From positions 960,001-1,024,000 of the forward strand of contig CBDCDA010000001.1 of NCBI GenBank assembly GCA_965215335.1: a DNA stretch of 64,000 nt, read 5' to 3'. The notes under the pieces were generated by a model, which did not search any database, was not told the origin of the DNA, and worked only from the letters and a program-made list of their open reading frames with translations. The stretch comes from an uncultured Candidatus Entotheonella sp. (GTDB lineage Bacteria; Tectomicrobia; Entotheonellia; Entotheonellales; Entotheonellaceae). Below are positions 9,677 through 20,540 of the stretch, piece by piece (positions within the stretch are counted from its first letter, which is position 1; each line of letters opens with the position of its first letter). Both the position numbers and the translations under genes were made by a program.

Positions 9677-10591
9677 ATGGAGGCCACCAAGAAAATCTGG
9701 ATGGACGGCGCGTTCGTAGATTGGGACAAAGCCCAGGTCCATGTCCTCAGCCACACCCTGCATTACGGTTTGGGCGTATTCGAGGGCATCCGATGCTACG
9801 ATACCGCCGCCGGCCCCGCCATTTTCCGCCTCCCCGAACATATCGACCGCCTGTTCGACTCGGCGCACATCGCCGGATTCGACATGCCGTTCAGCCGCGC
9901 GGAGATCGGCCAGGCCATCGTCGACACGGTGAAGGTCAACGAGGTGCGCGAATGCTACATCCGCCCCCTCGTGTACCTGGGCTACGGCGAACTCGGCATC
10001 AACAACAGCCACTGTCCCGTCTGCGTGAGCATCGCCGTATGGCCTTGGGGTGCATACCTGGGTGAGGGCGCCCTCGCCGAGGGCATCCGCGTGCGTATCT
10101 CCTCATACACCCGGCACCACGTCAACGTCATGATGACCAAGGCCAAGGTGGTCGGCAATTACGCGAACTCGCAGTTTGCCAAGATGGAAGCCGTTCGTTC
10201 CGGCTACGACGAAGCCATCATGCTCGACGTGCAGGGCAACGTCGGCGAAGGCTCCGGTGAAAACGTTTTCATCGTGCGCGACGGCGTTCTCAAGACACCC
10301 CCGCTGACCGCCATCCTGGAAGGCATCACGCGCAACTCCGTCATCGACCTGGCGCGCCACATGGGTCTCGCCATACGTGAAACCGTCTTTTCCCGTGATG
10401 AACTGTACATCGCCGACGAGGTGTTCTTCACCGGCACCGCGGCAGAACTGACGCCCATCCGTGAAGTCGATGACCGCATGATCGGCAACGGCTTTCCCGG
10501 ACCGATAACCCACAAGTTGCAACAAGCCTTCTTCCGAATCGTGCAGGGCAAGGACGACGCGTTCAAGTCCTGGCTGACCCTCATCACGTAA
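9677..10591 (+). CDS. ilvE: Branched-chain amino acid aminotransferase
   Basis: [45 protein letters not shown]. Confidence 0.96.
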   Translation: MEATKKIWMDGAFVDWDKAQVHVLSHTLHYGLGVFEGIRCYDTAAGPAIFRLPEHIDRLFDSAHIAGFDMPFSRAEIGQAIVDTVKVNEVRECYIRPLVYLGYGELGINNSHCPVCVSIAVWPWGAYLGEGALAEGIRVRISSYTRHHVNVMMTKAKVVGNYANSQFAKMEAVRSGYDEAIMLDVQGNVGEGSGENVFIVRDGVLKTPPLTAILEGITRNSVIDLARHMGLAIRETVFSRDELYIADEVFFTGTAAELTPIREVDDRMIGNGFPGPITHKLQQAFFRIVQGKDDAFKSWLTLIT

Positions 10592-10653
10592 GATCCCATC
10601 GGCGAACGACCAAACCCGGCGGTCTGCGGCCTGTTGACGAAAGGGCAGAGAAT

Positions 10654-11364
10654 ATGGTTTACGCCAAAATCTTGGCCGTAGATCAGGAACAGGCCACTTA
10701 TGAAACCTTGCTGCCGGCACTGTCCAGGCACGGCTACGAACTCCACCCGGCAACCACACCTGCCAAAGCCATCGCCCTCGCCGTCGCACACGACTACCAG
10801 GCAGCCCTGGTGTCGGTTGCGCTGCTTGATGTCTACGTGCTGCTGGCCCATCTGCGCGACACCATTCCACACCTGCCGATCATTCTGGCGCTGTCCGCCG
10901 AGCACGGCTGTATCCCCGCGCAAATTTTGAAGCTGGCGACGAACACTGTCGGCAAGCCGCTGAGCCTCGAGCCCGTGCGCCTGATGCTCGATCGTACCCT
11001 GGAACTGGCCGAGTTGCGGGCGCAGATACGCGCCGAGCGGCAAACCTGGAACCTGAACGACGTGTTGCAGAGAACCCATGACGGGGCCGGCGGTACCGAT
11101 CTGCAAATGCAGGGATTGGCGTCGGAAACACTCGTCCGCAAGCTGCAACGCATGGCAAGGAGTGCGAAGGAACTGGGCAGCGGCTCACTGCACCACTCGG
11201 TCTTGTCCTACGTGGAAGAGTTGTTGCTGACCATCGTTCTCATGGAATGCCGCGGCAGCCAGGTCAAGTCGGCAGCCATCCTGGGCATCAATCGCAACAC
11301 CCTGCGCAAGAAAATCGCCACCCTTGGACTGTCGGACCTTCGCAGCCGCACCCCGCACCAATGA
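10654..11364 (+). CDS. Degenerate receiver domain + Fis-type HTH regulator
   Basis: KILAVD...VGKP receiver-like N-terminus; C-terminal GSQVKSAAILGINRNTLRKK Fis HTH. Confidence 0.75.
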   Translation: MVYAKILAVDQEQATYETLLPALSRHGYELHPATTPAKAIALAVAHDYQAALVSVALLDVYVLLAHLRDTIPHLPIILALSAEHGCIPAQILKLATNTVGKPLSLEPVRLMLDRTLELAELRAQIRAERQTWNLNDVLQRTHDGAGGTDLQMQGLASETLVRKLQRMARSAKELGSGSLHHSVLSYVEELLLTIVLMECRGSQVKSAAILGINRNTLRKKIATLGLSDLRSRTPHQ

Positions 11365-12122
11365 CTCGCGACCTACCCTCTCTGGCAGTCGTCGTCCTTG
11401 CCGCCGGCAAAGGCACCCGCATGCAATCTCCCCTCGCCAAGGTCTTGCATCCACTGGCCGGCCGTCCCCTCATCGCGCATGTGCTGACAGCCGTTCAGCC
11501 TCTGCAACCGCAGCGCCTCATTTCCGTGGTGGGCCATCAGGCCGATGCCGTACGGCTTGTGTGCGAACGGTTCGGCGCGTCCTGCGTGGTGCAGGAACCG
11601 CAGCTGGGTACCGGCCATGCGGTGGCGCAAACGGAAAGCCTGCTGGGGGACCTCAGCGGCGACGTTCTGGTCCTGTGCGGTGACGTGCCGCTGCTGCGCA
11701 CGGCGACCATGCGCCGCCTGCTCGATGAGCACCGGCGACACCGGGCCGCACTCACGATGCTGACAACGCACCTGGACGATCCGACGGGATACGGTCGCAT
11801 CATGCGAAACGACCGGGGTCATATCCTCGGCATCGTCGAGGAGCGAGAGGCCGCACCCGGCCAGAAGGCCGTGTGCGAGATCAACAGCGGCGTGTACTGC
11901 CTGCAGGCTTCCTTTCTGTTTGCCGCACTACCCCGCGTCGGGCGGCACAACACACAGGGCGAGCAGTATCTGACGGATATCGTCGAGATGGCAGCAGCCG
12001 ATGACCTGACCATTGCGCACCTCGCCACGGACCCGGAGGAGATTCTGGGCGTCAACACCCCGACGGACTTGGCCCATCTCGAAACCCTTCTGCGCCACCG
12101 GCGCGGCAACGAGCCATCATGA
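11361..12122 (+). CDS. glmU: UDP-GlcNAc pyrophosphorylase (GlmU N-terminal domain only)
   Basis: LAAGKGTRM, PKVLH-like AKVLH, QEPQLGTGHA, GDVP, GYGRI, EINSGVY, EQYLTD, GVNT. 253 aa, ATGA-coupled on both sides. Confidence 0.88.
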   Translation: MTRDLPSLAVVVLAAGKGTRMQSPLAKVLHPLAGRPLIAHVLTAVQPLQPQRLISVVGHQADAVRLVCERFGASCVVQEPQLGTGHAVAQTESLLGDLSGDVLVLCGDVPLLRTATMRRLLDEHRRHRAALTMLTTHLDDPTGYGRIMRNDRGHILGIVEEREAAPGQKAVCEINSGVYCLQASFLFAALPRVGRHNTQGEQYLTDIVEMAAADDLTIAHLATDPEEILGVNTPTDLAHLETLLRHRRGNEPS

Positions 12123-14302
12123 CGTTTCCCTGGCAGGCCCAACTCAACGCGCCGCAGTGGGAAGCGGTGCAGCACACCGAGGGGCCGGTGCTTATCCTGG
12201 CCGGTGCCGGATCGGGCAAAACGCGCGTCATCACCCATCGCATCGCCCATCTCATTCGCCATTGCGGGGTGCGCGCCGAACACCTCCTGGCCGTGACGTT
12301 CACCAACAAGGCGGCCCAGGAAATGCGGCAGCGGGTGCACGGGCTGCTCGGCGCCAGCGGCCTGCCACTGTGGCTCAGCACGTTCCACGCCGCCGCCGCC
12401 CGCCTGCTGCGCCGCGAAGCCGATCACCTCGGCCTGGCGCCCAATTTCGTCATCTATGACGCCGCGGATCAACTGTCACTGGTCAAACAGTGTGTCCGCG
12501 ACCTGGAAATCGCCGAGGATCTGTACGCCCCGCAACAGATTCGGCGCCGCATCAGCGCTCTGAAAAACGACCTCGTCGACGCCGAGGCGTTTCAGCACGC
12601 GGCGGATGACCATGGGCTCGACGCCGCTGTCGCCCGTGCGTACAACGTCTACCAGACACGCCTGCGCGAAAACGCCGCCCTCGATTTCGACGACCTGCTG
12701 ATGCTCACCGTCCAGATGCTGCGCCGCCACGACGCCATCCGTCAGCGCTACCAGCACCGCCTGCGCTATATCATGGTCGACGAGTACCAGGACACCAACA
12801 TGGCGCAGTATCACCTCCTCAACCTGCTGGCCGAGGAGCACCGCAACCTGTGCGTGGTGGGCGATGACGACCAGAGCGTCTATCGCTTCCGCGGCGCCAA
12901 CGTGCGCAACATCCTCAACTTCGAGCGCGATTACCCCGACGCCAGGGTGATCAAGCTGGAACAGAATTACCGCTCCACGGGCACCATCCTCGAGGCCGCC
13001 ACCGCGGTGGTGTCGAAGAACCCCGGTCGGCGGGGAAAGACCCTGTGGACGGCAAACACCCGCGGTGTGCCCATCGGCTACTTCTGCGCCCTGGACGAGG
13101 TACACGAGGCCGAAGTCATTTGCCAGAACATCCTGGGGCTGCGGAACGCCGAGGGCCTGGCCCTGAAAGATTTCGCCATCTTCTACCGCACCAACGCGCA
13201 GTCGCGGGTGCTGGAAGACGGCCTGCGGCGTGCCGACATGCCGTACCAGATCGTCGGCGGCCTGCGTTTTTACGACCGCCAGGAGATCAAGGACGCCCTG
13301 GCCTACATGCGCCTGCTGACCAATTCACAGGATACGCTGAGCCTGCGACGCATCATCAACGTGCCGCGGCGCGGCATCGGCAACACGACCTGGGCGCGAC
13401 TGGAAACGCTGGCGCAGGAAAACGGCATCAGCGGCTTTGAGGCACTGGCACTGCTGGCGGACGGCAAGGAGGATGCCGGCATCGGCAAGGCCGCCCTCGG
13501 ACGCCTGCGGGGTTTTTACGAGTTCCTGCAGCGTCTCATGGCCAGGGTTCCCGGCACGTCCGCAGCGGACAGCATTTACGAGGTTCTCGATGCCAGTGGC
13601 TACTTGGCGCACCTGAAGGCCGAACGAACGGTGGAAGCGCAAACACGGCTGGAGAACCTGAGCGAGATGGTGAACGCCGCCGCCGACTACGACCAGCAAG
13701 CCGACGAACCGGGCCTGCAGGGATTTCTGGAGCACACGGCCCTGGTCTCTGACCAGGACAACCTGCAGGACGACCGCGGCGCCGTGACGCTGATGACCCT
13801 GCACGCCTCGAAGGGCCTGGAATTTCCCGTGGTATTTATCGCCGGTATGGAGAACGGCCTGTTCCCGCACAGCCGCTCGTTCGATGAACCGCTCGAGATG
13901 GAGGAAGAGCGGCGCCTCTGCTACGTCGGCATGACGCGCGCCGAACGCTGGCTCTTCCTCACCAGCGCGGCATGGCGGCGCCTGTACGGCACCGAACAGC
14001 AGCAGATGCCGTCGGCGTTCTTGCCGGATATTCCCATGACGTGCATCACCAATCACTCGTCGCAGCCTGAGGAGCGCCAACACGAACCGCCGCAGGCGGT
14101 GGCGCCACCCCGTGCCTGGCCGCAGTCGTCTGTACCCGCGGGCACCTTCGCGGCCGGTTCCGTCGTTCAGCACGCGCAATTCGGCCGCGGCGTCGTACAG
14201 AAATGCGAGGGCGAAGGCGCTGCCCTCAAACTCACGATTGTCTTCAGCGACTACGGCATCAAGAAGATCATGCCGAAGTACGCCAGCATGCAAGTGCTAT
14301 GA
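12119..14302 (+). CDS. pcrA: PcrA/UvrD ATP-dependent DNA helicase
   Basis: [55 protein letters not shown]-terminal Tudor-like tail. Confidence 0.95.
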   Translation: MTFPWQAQLNAPQWEAVQHTEGPVLILAGAGSGKTRVITHRIAHLIRHCGVRAEHLLAVTFTNKAAQEMRQRVHGLLGASGLPLWLSTFHAAAARLLRREADHLGLAPNFVIYDAADQLSLVKQCVRDLEIAEDLYAPQQIRRRISALKNDLVDAEAFQHAADDHGLDAAVARAYNVYQTRLRENAALDFDDLLMLTVQMLRRHDAIRQRYQHRLRYIMVDEYQDTNMAQYHLLNLLAEEHRNLCVVGDDDQSVYRFRGANVRNILNFERDYPDARVIKLEQNYRSTGTILEAATAVVSKNPGRRGKTLWTANTRGVPIGYFCALDEVHEAEVICQNILGLRNAEGLALKDFAIFYRTNAQSRVLEDGLRRADMPYQIVGGLRFYDRQEIKDALAYMRLLTNSQDTLSLRRIINVPRRGIGNTTWARLETLAQENGISGFEALALLADGKEDAGIGKAALGRLRGFYEFLQRLMARVPGTSAADSIYEVLDASGYLAHLKAERTVEAQTRLENLSEMVNAAADYDQQADEPGLQGFLEHTALVSDQDNLQDDRGAVTLMTLHASKGLEFPVVFIAGMENGLFPHSRSFDEPLEMEEERRLCYVGMTRAERWLFLTSAAWRRLYGTEQQQMPSAFLPDIPMTCITNHSSQPEERQHEPPQAVAPPRAWPQSSVPAGTFAAGSVVQHAQFGRGVVQKCEGEGAALKLTIVFSDYGIKKIMPKYASMQVL

Positions 14303-14319
14303 GGGAGAAAGGCCCCGGC

Positions 14320-14619
14320 ATGACCGATGGAAATGTCATCTCCGAAGCACAGGTAGCGCACCTCGCTCGCCTGGCCCGCTTGGCCCTGGATGCCGACGAG
14401 CAACGGCGGCTCACCCAGCAGTTGAACGCCATCCTGACCTACATGGAACAGTTGAACGAGGTGCCGACCGAGGACGTGGAGCCGACGGCGCACGTCTTCG
14501 ATCTCGTCAATGTTTATCGCCCCGACGAGCCGCGCCGCACGCTGACCACCGACGCGGCGCTATCCAACGCCCCGGAAACCGAGCAACGCTTCTTCGTCGT
14601 ACCCCGGGTCGTCGAGTAA
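14320..14619 (+). CDS. gatC: Asp/Glu-tRNA amidotransferase subunit C
   Basis: [10 protein letters not shown]...VEPT...NAP...FFVVPRV, directly before gatA. Confidence 0.93.
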   Translation: MTDGNVISEAQVAHLARLARLALDADEQRRLTQQLNAILTYMEQLNEVPTEDVEPTAHVFDLVNVYRPDEPRRTLTTDAALSNAPETEQRFFVVPRVVE

Positions 14620-14624
14620 CCGGC

Positions 14625-16100
14625 ATGCCAGGCATGCAGCCCATCCACGTCCTGCACGAGCAGTTGGTCAGCGGCACGCTCGATGCCGCGGAACTGACCG
14701 AGGCCCTGCTGGAACGCCTCGATGCCGTTGAATCTCGAGTGAACGCCTACGTCACGGTGACCGCCGAGCGGGCGCGGCAGCAGGCCGCCGAAGCAGCAGC
14801 AGCCTTTGCGCGCGGCGAGCTGCGCTCGCCGTTGCAAGGCATCCCCCTGGCCATCAAGGACAACATCTGCACCAAGGGCGTGCGCACGACCTGCGCCTCC
14901 CGCATCCTGGAACATTTTGTGCCACCATACGACGCCACCGTCATGCAGCGCCTGCAAGCAGCCGGCGCAGTGATGATCGGCAAGGCGAATCTGGACGAAT
15001 TCGCCATGGGATCGTCGACCGAAACCTCGTACTTCGCGCCGACCCGCAATCCATGGGGCAACGCGGAATACGTGCCCGGCGGCTCCAGTGGCGGCCCGGC
15101 GGCGGCGGTGAGCGCCGGCTTGTGCGCGGCAGCCCTGGGTTCGGACACCGGCGGCTCCATCCGCCAGCCGGCAGCCATGACGGGTGTCGTGGGCCTGAAG
15201 CCGACATACGGCCGCGTATCCCGCTTCGGCCTGGTGGCGTTCGCTTCCTCGCTCGATCAGATCGGACCGCTGACCCGGGACGTTCACGATGCCGCCCTGT
15301 TGTTGCAGACCATCGCCGGACACGACCCGCACGACTCGACCTCCGGTGACGCCCCGGTGCCGGATTATGCCGGAGCCCTCGCTCGCGGCGTGCAGGGACT
15401 GAAGCTCGGCGTGCCACGCGAGTACTTCGTGGCGGGCATGAACGCCGAGGTCGAGGCCGCCGTGCGCGCCGGCATCGACACCCTGCGTCAGGCGGGCGCC
15501 GAACTGGTCGACGTATCGCTGCCCCATACCCCGTATGCCGTCGCCACTTACTACATCCTGGCCAACGCCGAGGCCAGCGCCAACCTGGCGCGCTACGACG
15601 GCGTGCGCTTCGGCTTTCGCGCCGCCGAACCCGCCGACCTGTCGGACATGTACATGCGTACCCGCGCCGAGGGCTTCGGGGCAGAGGTGAAACGGCGCAT
15701 CATGCTGGGCACCTACGCCCTGAGTTCCGGCTATTACGATGCCTATTACAAAAAGGCGCAGCAGGTCCGCACCCTGTTCCGCCAGGATTTTCAGCGCGCC
15801 TTCGCCCGCTGCGACGCCCTGCTGACGCCCGTCGCCCCCACCCCGGCCTTCCGTCTCGGCGAGCGGCTCGACGATCCGCTGCACATGTATCTGGCCGATA
15901 TCTTCACCATCCCCATGAACCTTGCGGGAGTGCCTGCCCTGTCGGTGCCCTGCGGTCTGACGACGGATGGCCTGCCGGTCGGCTTGCAGATCGCCACCCC
16001 GCCGTTTCGCGAAGATGTGCTCCTGCAGGTTGGCGCAGCCTTTGAAGCGGTCACCGATTTTCACACCCTGAAGCCGGACGGCCTGCCACCCTGCGCGTGA
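14625..16100 (+). CDS. gatA: Asp/Glu-tRNA amidotransferase subunit A
   Basis: [52 protein letters not shown]. Confidence 0.96.
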   Translation: MPGMQPIHVLHEQLVSGTLDAAELTEALLERLDAVESRVNAYVTVTAERARQQAAEAAAAFARGELRSPLQGIPLAIKDNICTKGVRTTCASRILEHFVPPYDATVMQRLQAAGAVMIGKANLDEFAMGSSTETSYFAPTRNPWGNAEYVPGGSSGGPAAAVSAGLCAAALGSDTGGSIRQPAAMTGVVGLKPTYGRVSRFGLVAFASSLDQIGPLTRDVHDAALLLQTIAGHDPHDSTSGDAPVPDYAGALARGVQGLKLGVPREYFVAGMNAEVEAAVRAGIDTLRQAGAELVDVSLPHTPYAVATYYILANAEASANLARYDGVRFGFRAAEPADLSDMYMRTRAEGFGAEVKRRIMLGTYALSSGYYDAYYKKAQQVRTLFRQDFQRAFARCDALLTPVAPTPAFRLGERLDDPLHMYLADIFTIPMNLAGVPALSVPCGLTTDGLPVGLQIATPPFREDVLLQVGAAFEAVTDFHTLKPDGLPPCA

Positions 16101-16111
16101 GGAAAATCACC

Positions 16112-17548
16112 ATGGCATATGAATGCGTCATCGGCCTGGAAGTGCACGCGCAACTGCTGACCGACAGCAAATTGTTCTGCTCCTGCGCGACTGCCTTTCA
16201 GGCCGACCCGAATGACCAGACCTGCCCGGTCTGCCTCGGCCTGCCCGGCGTGCTGCCGGTGCTCAACCGCCAGGCGGTCGAGCTGGCCCTGCGTACCGGC
16301 CTGGCCATGCAGGGAACCGTCGCCACCCTGAACCGCTTTGCACGCAAGAATTATTTCTATCCCGATCTGCCCAAGGGGTATCAGATATCGCAGTTCGAGG
16401 AGCCGCTCATCCAGGGCGGCTGCCTGGACATCGAGGTCGCCGGCACGGCCAGGCAGGTGCGGCTGAATCGTATCCACCTCGAGGAGGACGCCGGCAAGTC
16501 CATTCACGGTGAAAACCTTGCCGACCCCGGCAAGAGCTACGTTGACCTGAACCGCACCGGCGTACCGCTGATGGAGATCGTCAGCGCCCCCGACCTGCGC
16601 TCGCCCGATGAGGCCAGGGCCTACCTGCAAAAACTCAAGACGGTCCTGGAATACCTCGACGTGTGCGACGGCAACATGGAGGAAGGCAGCCTGCGCTGCG
16701 ACGCCAACGTCTCCTTGCGTCCGGTCGGCACCGACATTCTGGGCACTCGGACCGAGATCAAGAACCTGAACTCGTTCCGCAACGTCCAGCAGGCCATCGC
16801 CTACGAAATGGCGCGCCAGCGCGACGTGCTGGCCGGCGGCGGCAGCGTGGTGCAGGAAACGCGGCTGTTCGACGCCGCGCGCGGCGTCACCCTGCCGATG
16901 CGCAGCAAGGAAGAGGCGCACGACTACCGTTACTTCCCGGAACCCGACCTGGTGCCGCTGCAAATCGAGCCGCAGTGGATCGCCCGGGTGCGACAGTCCA
17001 TCCCCGAACTGCCCGACGCGCGGCGCCAGCGTTTCGTCTCGCAATATGACCTGCCGGCCTACGACGCCGACGTCCTCGTTGCCTCGCGCGCCATGGCCGA
17101 CTACTTCGAGGCTACCGTCGAGTCGTTCCCGCAGCCCAAGATCGTCAGCAACTGGGTCATGGGCGATTTTCTGCGCGCCTTGAATCACGCCCGTCACGGC
17201 CCGGACGAGGCCCCCGTCACGCCGTCGCACCTGGCCGAATTGCTGCGCCTGATCGACGACGGCACCATCAGCGGCAAAATCGCCAAGACGGTGTTCGAGG
17301 ACATGTACCGCACCGGCCGGCGGCCCGGCGACGTCGTCGCCGAGCAAGGGCTGGTGCAGATGAGCGACAGCGACGCCTTGCAGGAGGTCATCGGCCAGGT
17401 GCTGGCCGGGCATCCCGAGCAGGTGGCCGCCTACCGCGCCGGCAAGGAAAAACTGCTCGGCTTCTTCGTCGGCCAGACCATGAGGGCGACCCAGGGCAAG
17501 GCCAATCCGACCATGCTTAATACGCTGCTGAAGCAACTGCTGCAGTGA
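16112..17548 (+). CDS. gatB: Asp/Glu-tRNA amidotransferase subunit B
   Basis: [51 protein letters not shown]. Confidence 0.97.
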   Translation: MAYECVIGLEVHAQLLTDSKLFCSCATAFQADPNDQTCPVCLGLPGVLPVLNRQAVELALRTGLAMQGTVATLNRFARKNYFYPDLPKGYQISQFEEPLIQGGCLDIEVAGTARQVRLNRIHLEEDAGKSIHGENLADPGKSYVDLNRTGVPLMEIVSAPDLRSPDEARAYLQKLKTVLEYLDVCDGNMEEGSLRCDANVSLRPVGTDILGTRTEIKNLNSFRNVQQAIAYEMARQRDVLAGGGSVVQETRLFDAARGVTLPMRSKEEAHDYRYFPEPDLVPLQIEPQWIARVRQSIPELPDARRQRFVSQYDLPAYDADVLVASRAMADYFEATVESFPQPKIVSNWVMGDFLRALNHARHGPDEAPVTPSHLAELLRLIDDGTISGKIAKTVFEDMYRTGRRPGDVVAEQGLVQMSDSDALQEVIGQVLAGHPEQVAAYRAGKEKLLGFFVGQTMRATQGKANPTMLNTLLKQLLQ

Positions 17549-17587
17549 AGGCTCCAGGATCAACCCCGGACCGTGAAGGACGTGCCC

Positions 17588-20275
17588 ATGCCTGAACGCC
17601 CGACCGTTTATCTGGTGGACGGCACCGCCTACGTGTACCGCGCCTTCTACGCCATCCGGCAGCGGCTTTCGACCGCCGCCGGATTGCCGACCCAGGCCGT
17701 TTTCGGCTTCAAGAACATGCTGCAGAAGCTGGTGCAGCAGGAAAAGCCACACTATCTCGGGGTGGCGTTCGACGAGCGCGGCCCGACCTTCCGGCACGCC
17801 ATGGACCCGAATTACAAGGCCAACCGCCCGTCGATGCCGGACGACCTGGAGGTGCAGATTCCCTACATCCACCGGCTGATCGAGGCGTTCAACATCCCCA
17901 CCATCCGGCTGCAAGGGTACGAGGCGGACGACATTCTGGGCACCTTGGCACGACGCTTCGAGGCGCAGGGCTGCGACGTGGTCCTGGTCACCAGCGACAA
18001 AGACCTGTGCCAGCTCGTGACCCCCCACACGACGCTCCTGGACACCATGAAGGCACAGCGCTTCGGCGTTGCCGAGGTGAAGGAGCGCTTCGGCGTCGAG
18101 CCGCAGCACGTGGCGGACTTTCTGGGTCTGATGGGCGACGCCTCCGACAACATCCCGGGGGTGCCGGGCGTCGGCGAAAAGACGGCGCGGCAGCTGTTGG
18201 AGGCGTTCGGCGACCTGGACAGCCTGCTGGCGCAGGTAGACGCGGTGAAACGGCCCAGGCTGCGGGAATCGCTGCGCGACAACGCCGAGCTGGCACGCCA
18301 GAGTCGCCTGCTGGCAACGATCAACGTCGAAACACCGGTCGCCGTCGACCTGCCCGCCCTCGCACTTGCGGACCCTGATACCGACGCGCTGGTGGCGCTC
18401 TACGCCGAGTTGGAGTTTCACAACGATCTGCAGGCCATCCGCAACACGCAGCCGGCCACCAGACCTGTTGTGGATAAGCATTACCGCACGATTACCGGCC
18501 TGGCCGACCTGGAAGCGGAAATCGTCGCCCTGCGGCAGGGCGACGGCTTCGCCATCGACACCGAAACGACCAGCCAGAACCCCATGGTCGCCGATCTTGT
18601 CGGCATTTCGCTGGCCCACCGGCCGCACGCGGGCGTCTATATTCCGCTGCGCCATACCTACGCCGGAGCGCCGGCGCAGCTCGACGCGGCGCTGGTTCTG
18701 AAACACCTGCGGCCCCTGCTCGAAGACCCCGAGGTGCCGAAATACGGCCAGAACATCAAGTACGACATCATCGTCCTGCAACGGCAGGGCGTCACCCTGC
18801 GCGGCGTCGCCTGCGATACGATGGTCGCCGGCTACCTGCTCAACCCTTCCCGGCGCGCCCACAGCATGGACGCCCTGGCACGCGAGTACCTGCAATACGA
18901 ACCGACGAGCTACGCCGACGTGGCCGGCAAGGGCGCCAGGCAGGTGACCTTCGATCAGGTGGATATCGAGCGCGCCACCGCATACAGCGCCGAGGACGCC
19001 GACGTGACCCTGCTGCTGGCGCGCGAACTGCAGCCGCGGCTGGCGGCGGCCCGGCTGGACAGGCTGTTTGCCGACGTGGAGATGCCGCTGGTCGACGTGC
19101 TGGCGACCCTCGAGCGGCGCGGCATGGCGCTGGACAGCGCCTATCTGCACCAGATGTCCATCCACCTGCAAGGCCGCATGGAAACGCTGCTGCGTGACAT
19201 CCACACGCTGGCCGGCGAGGCGTTCAACGTCAATTCGCCACCGCAATTGCAGCGCATCCTGTTCGAGCAGTTGAAACTGCCGCCCGGCAAGAAGACCAAG
19301 ACCGGCTATTCGACCGACGTGTCGGTGCTGGAGAATCTGGCGGTGGAGCACGAGTTGCCGCAGCGCATTCTGGACTACCGGCACCTCGCCAAGATGAAGT
19401 CCACCTACATCGACACCCTGCCGCAACTCGTGCACCCCGACACCGGACGCCTGCATACCTCGCTGAATCAAGGCATTGCCGAGACCGGGCGCCTGAGCAG
19501 CAGCAATCCCAACCTGCAGAACATCCCGATCCGTTCGCAACTGGGACGCGAGATTCGCCGCGCCTTCATCGCCGCGCCCGGGCATCGCCTGGTGTCGGTC
19601 GATTACTCGCAGATCGAGTTGCGGCTGCTGGCCCACCTCAGCCAGGACCCCGTGCTGATCGAGGCGTTCCACAGCGGCGAGGACATCCATACCCGCACGG
19701 CCATGGAAGTCTTTGGCGTGGAACTGGCGGCGGTGGACGACGACATGCGACGCATGGCCAAGACGGTGAATTTCGGCATTCTCTACGGCCTGAGTCCGTT
19801 CGGCCTGGCGCAGCGGCTGCACATCTCCAACGAGGCGGCGCGCACCTGCATCCACGACTATTTTGCCCGCTACCCGCGCGTGAAGCAGTGCCTCGACGAC
19901 ATCCTCGCGCAGGCCCGCGACCAAGGCTTCGTCACCACCCTGCTGCAACGCCGCCGCTATCTGCCGGATATCGCCAGCTCGAACCGTAACGTCCGCGAGG
20001 CGGCGGAACGCACCGCCATCAACATGCCCTTCCAGGGCTCGGCCGCCGACCTGATCAAGCTCGCCATGGTGCGCCTGCATCGCCGGATCACCAGCGAAGC
20101 CTGGCCGTGCCACATGCTGCTGCAAATTCACGACGAACTGCTGTTCGAGATTCCCGACGACGCAGTGCCGGACACGGTGCCCCGAATCACGGCCATCATG
20201 GAGGGCGTGTGGAAGCTGGCGGTGCCGCTGACCGTCGAAGTCGGCCAGGGAAGCAATTGGGCCGAAGCCCATTAA
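17588..20275 (+). CDS. polA: DNA polymerase I
   Basis: 5'-3' exonuclease (YKANR, EADD, GDASDNIPG), 3'-5' exonuclease DTETT, polymerase motifs DYSQIELR, KTVNFGILYG, QIHDEL. Confidence 0.97.
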   Translation: MPERPTVYLVDGTAYVYRAFYAIRQRLSTAAGLPTQAVFGFKNMLQKLVQQEKPHYLGVAFDERGPTFRHAMDPNYKANRPSMPDDLEVQIPYIHRLIEAFNIPTIRLQGYEADDILGTLARRFEAQGCDVVLVTSDKDLCQLVTPHTTLLDTMKAQRFGVAEVKERFGVEPQHVADFLGLMGDASDNIPGVPGVGEKTARQLLEAFGDLDSLLAQVDAVKRPRLRESLRDNAELARQSRLLATINVETPVAVDLPALALADPDTDALVALYAELEFHNDLQAIRNTQPATRPVVDKHYRTITGLADLEAEIVALRQGDGFAIDTETTSQNPMVADLVGISLAHRPHAGVYIPLRHTYAGAPAQLDAALVLKHLRPLLEDPEVPKYGQNIKYDIIVLQRQGVTLRGVACDTMVAGYLLNPSRRAHSMDALAREYLQYEPTSYADVAGKGARQVTFDQVDIERATAYSAEDADVTLLLARELQPRLAAARLDRLFADVEMPLVDVLATLERRGMALDSAYLHQMSIHLQGRMETLLRDIHTLAGEAFNVNSPPQLQRILFEQLKLPPGKKTKTGYSTDVSVLENLAVEHELPQRILDYRHLAKMKSTYIDTLPQLVHPDTGRLHTSLNQGIAETGRLSSSNPNLQNIPIRSQLGREIRRAFIAAPGHRLVSVDYSQIELRLLAHLSQDPVLIEAFHSGEDIHTRTAMEVFGVELAAVDDDMRRMAKTVNFGILYGLSPFGLAQRLHISNEAARTCIHDYFARYPRVKQCLDDILAQARDQGFVTTLLQRRRYLPDIASSNRNVREAAERTAINMPFQGSAADLIKLAMVRLHRRITSEAWPCHMLLQIHDELLFEIPDDAVPDTVPRITAIMEGVWKLAVPLTVEVGQGSNWAEAH

Positions 20276-20291
20276 GGGCAGGACGCTCTCT

Positions 20292-20310
20292 CCCGGCGGC
20301 CGCCGGGTTT
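20292..20310 (+). terminator. Putative intrinsic terminator after polA
   Basis: CCCGGCG-GC-CGCCGGG followed by TTT. Confidence 0.45.
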
Positions 20311-20315
20311 GACGC

Positions 20316-20345
20316 TTGACAAGCTTCAAGATGCTGCGTTATCGT
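20316..20345 (+). promoter_or_regulatory. Sigma70-type promoter for tRNA-Ala
   Basis: TTGACA-18 nt-TATCGT, ending 25 nt before the tRNA. Confidence 0.6.
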
Positions 20346-20370
20346 TACGCCGCTTCCCCGAAAGGCCGAT

Positions 20371-20443
20371 GGGGCTGTAGCTCAGATGGGAGAGCGCATG
20401 ACTGGCAGTCATGAGGTCAGGGGTTCGATCCCCCTCAGCTCCA
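20371..20443 (+). tRNA. tRNA-Ala(GGC)
   Basis: GGGGCTGTAGCTCAGATGGGAGAGCG-CATGA-CTGGCAG-TCATG...GGTTCGATCCCC...CAGCTCCA; G3:U70 pair present. Confidence 0.96.
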
Positions 20444-20475
20444 TGTCGTTACCCACTTCTCGTTGCAGACGGCGG

Positions 20476-20516
20476 TTTATGCCCCGGCGCGGTTTCGAGG
20501 TTGGCCGGGGCATAAA
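20476..20516. terminator. Inverted repeat between convergent tRNA-Ala and amine oxidase gene
   Basis: 13-bp arms TTTATGCCCCGGC / GCCGGGGCATAAA. Confidence 0.5.
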
Positions 20517-20540
20517 GGCAGACCGTTCGTTCGCTGCGCC

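Noticed and set aside
16061..20329. 1422-aa antisense ORF, and similar long ORFs opposite clpB, gatA and others
   Set aside because: Shadow frames of high-GC genes; no motifs, and they lie fully over well-supported sense genes.
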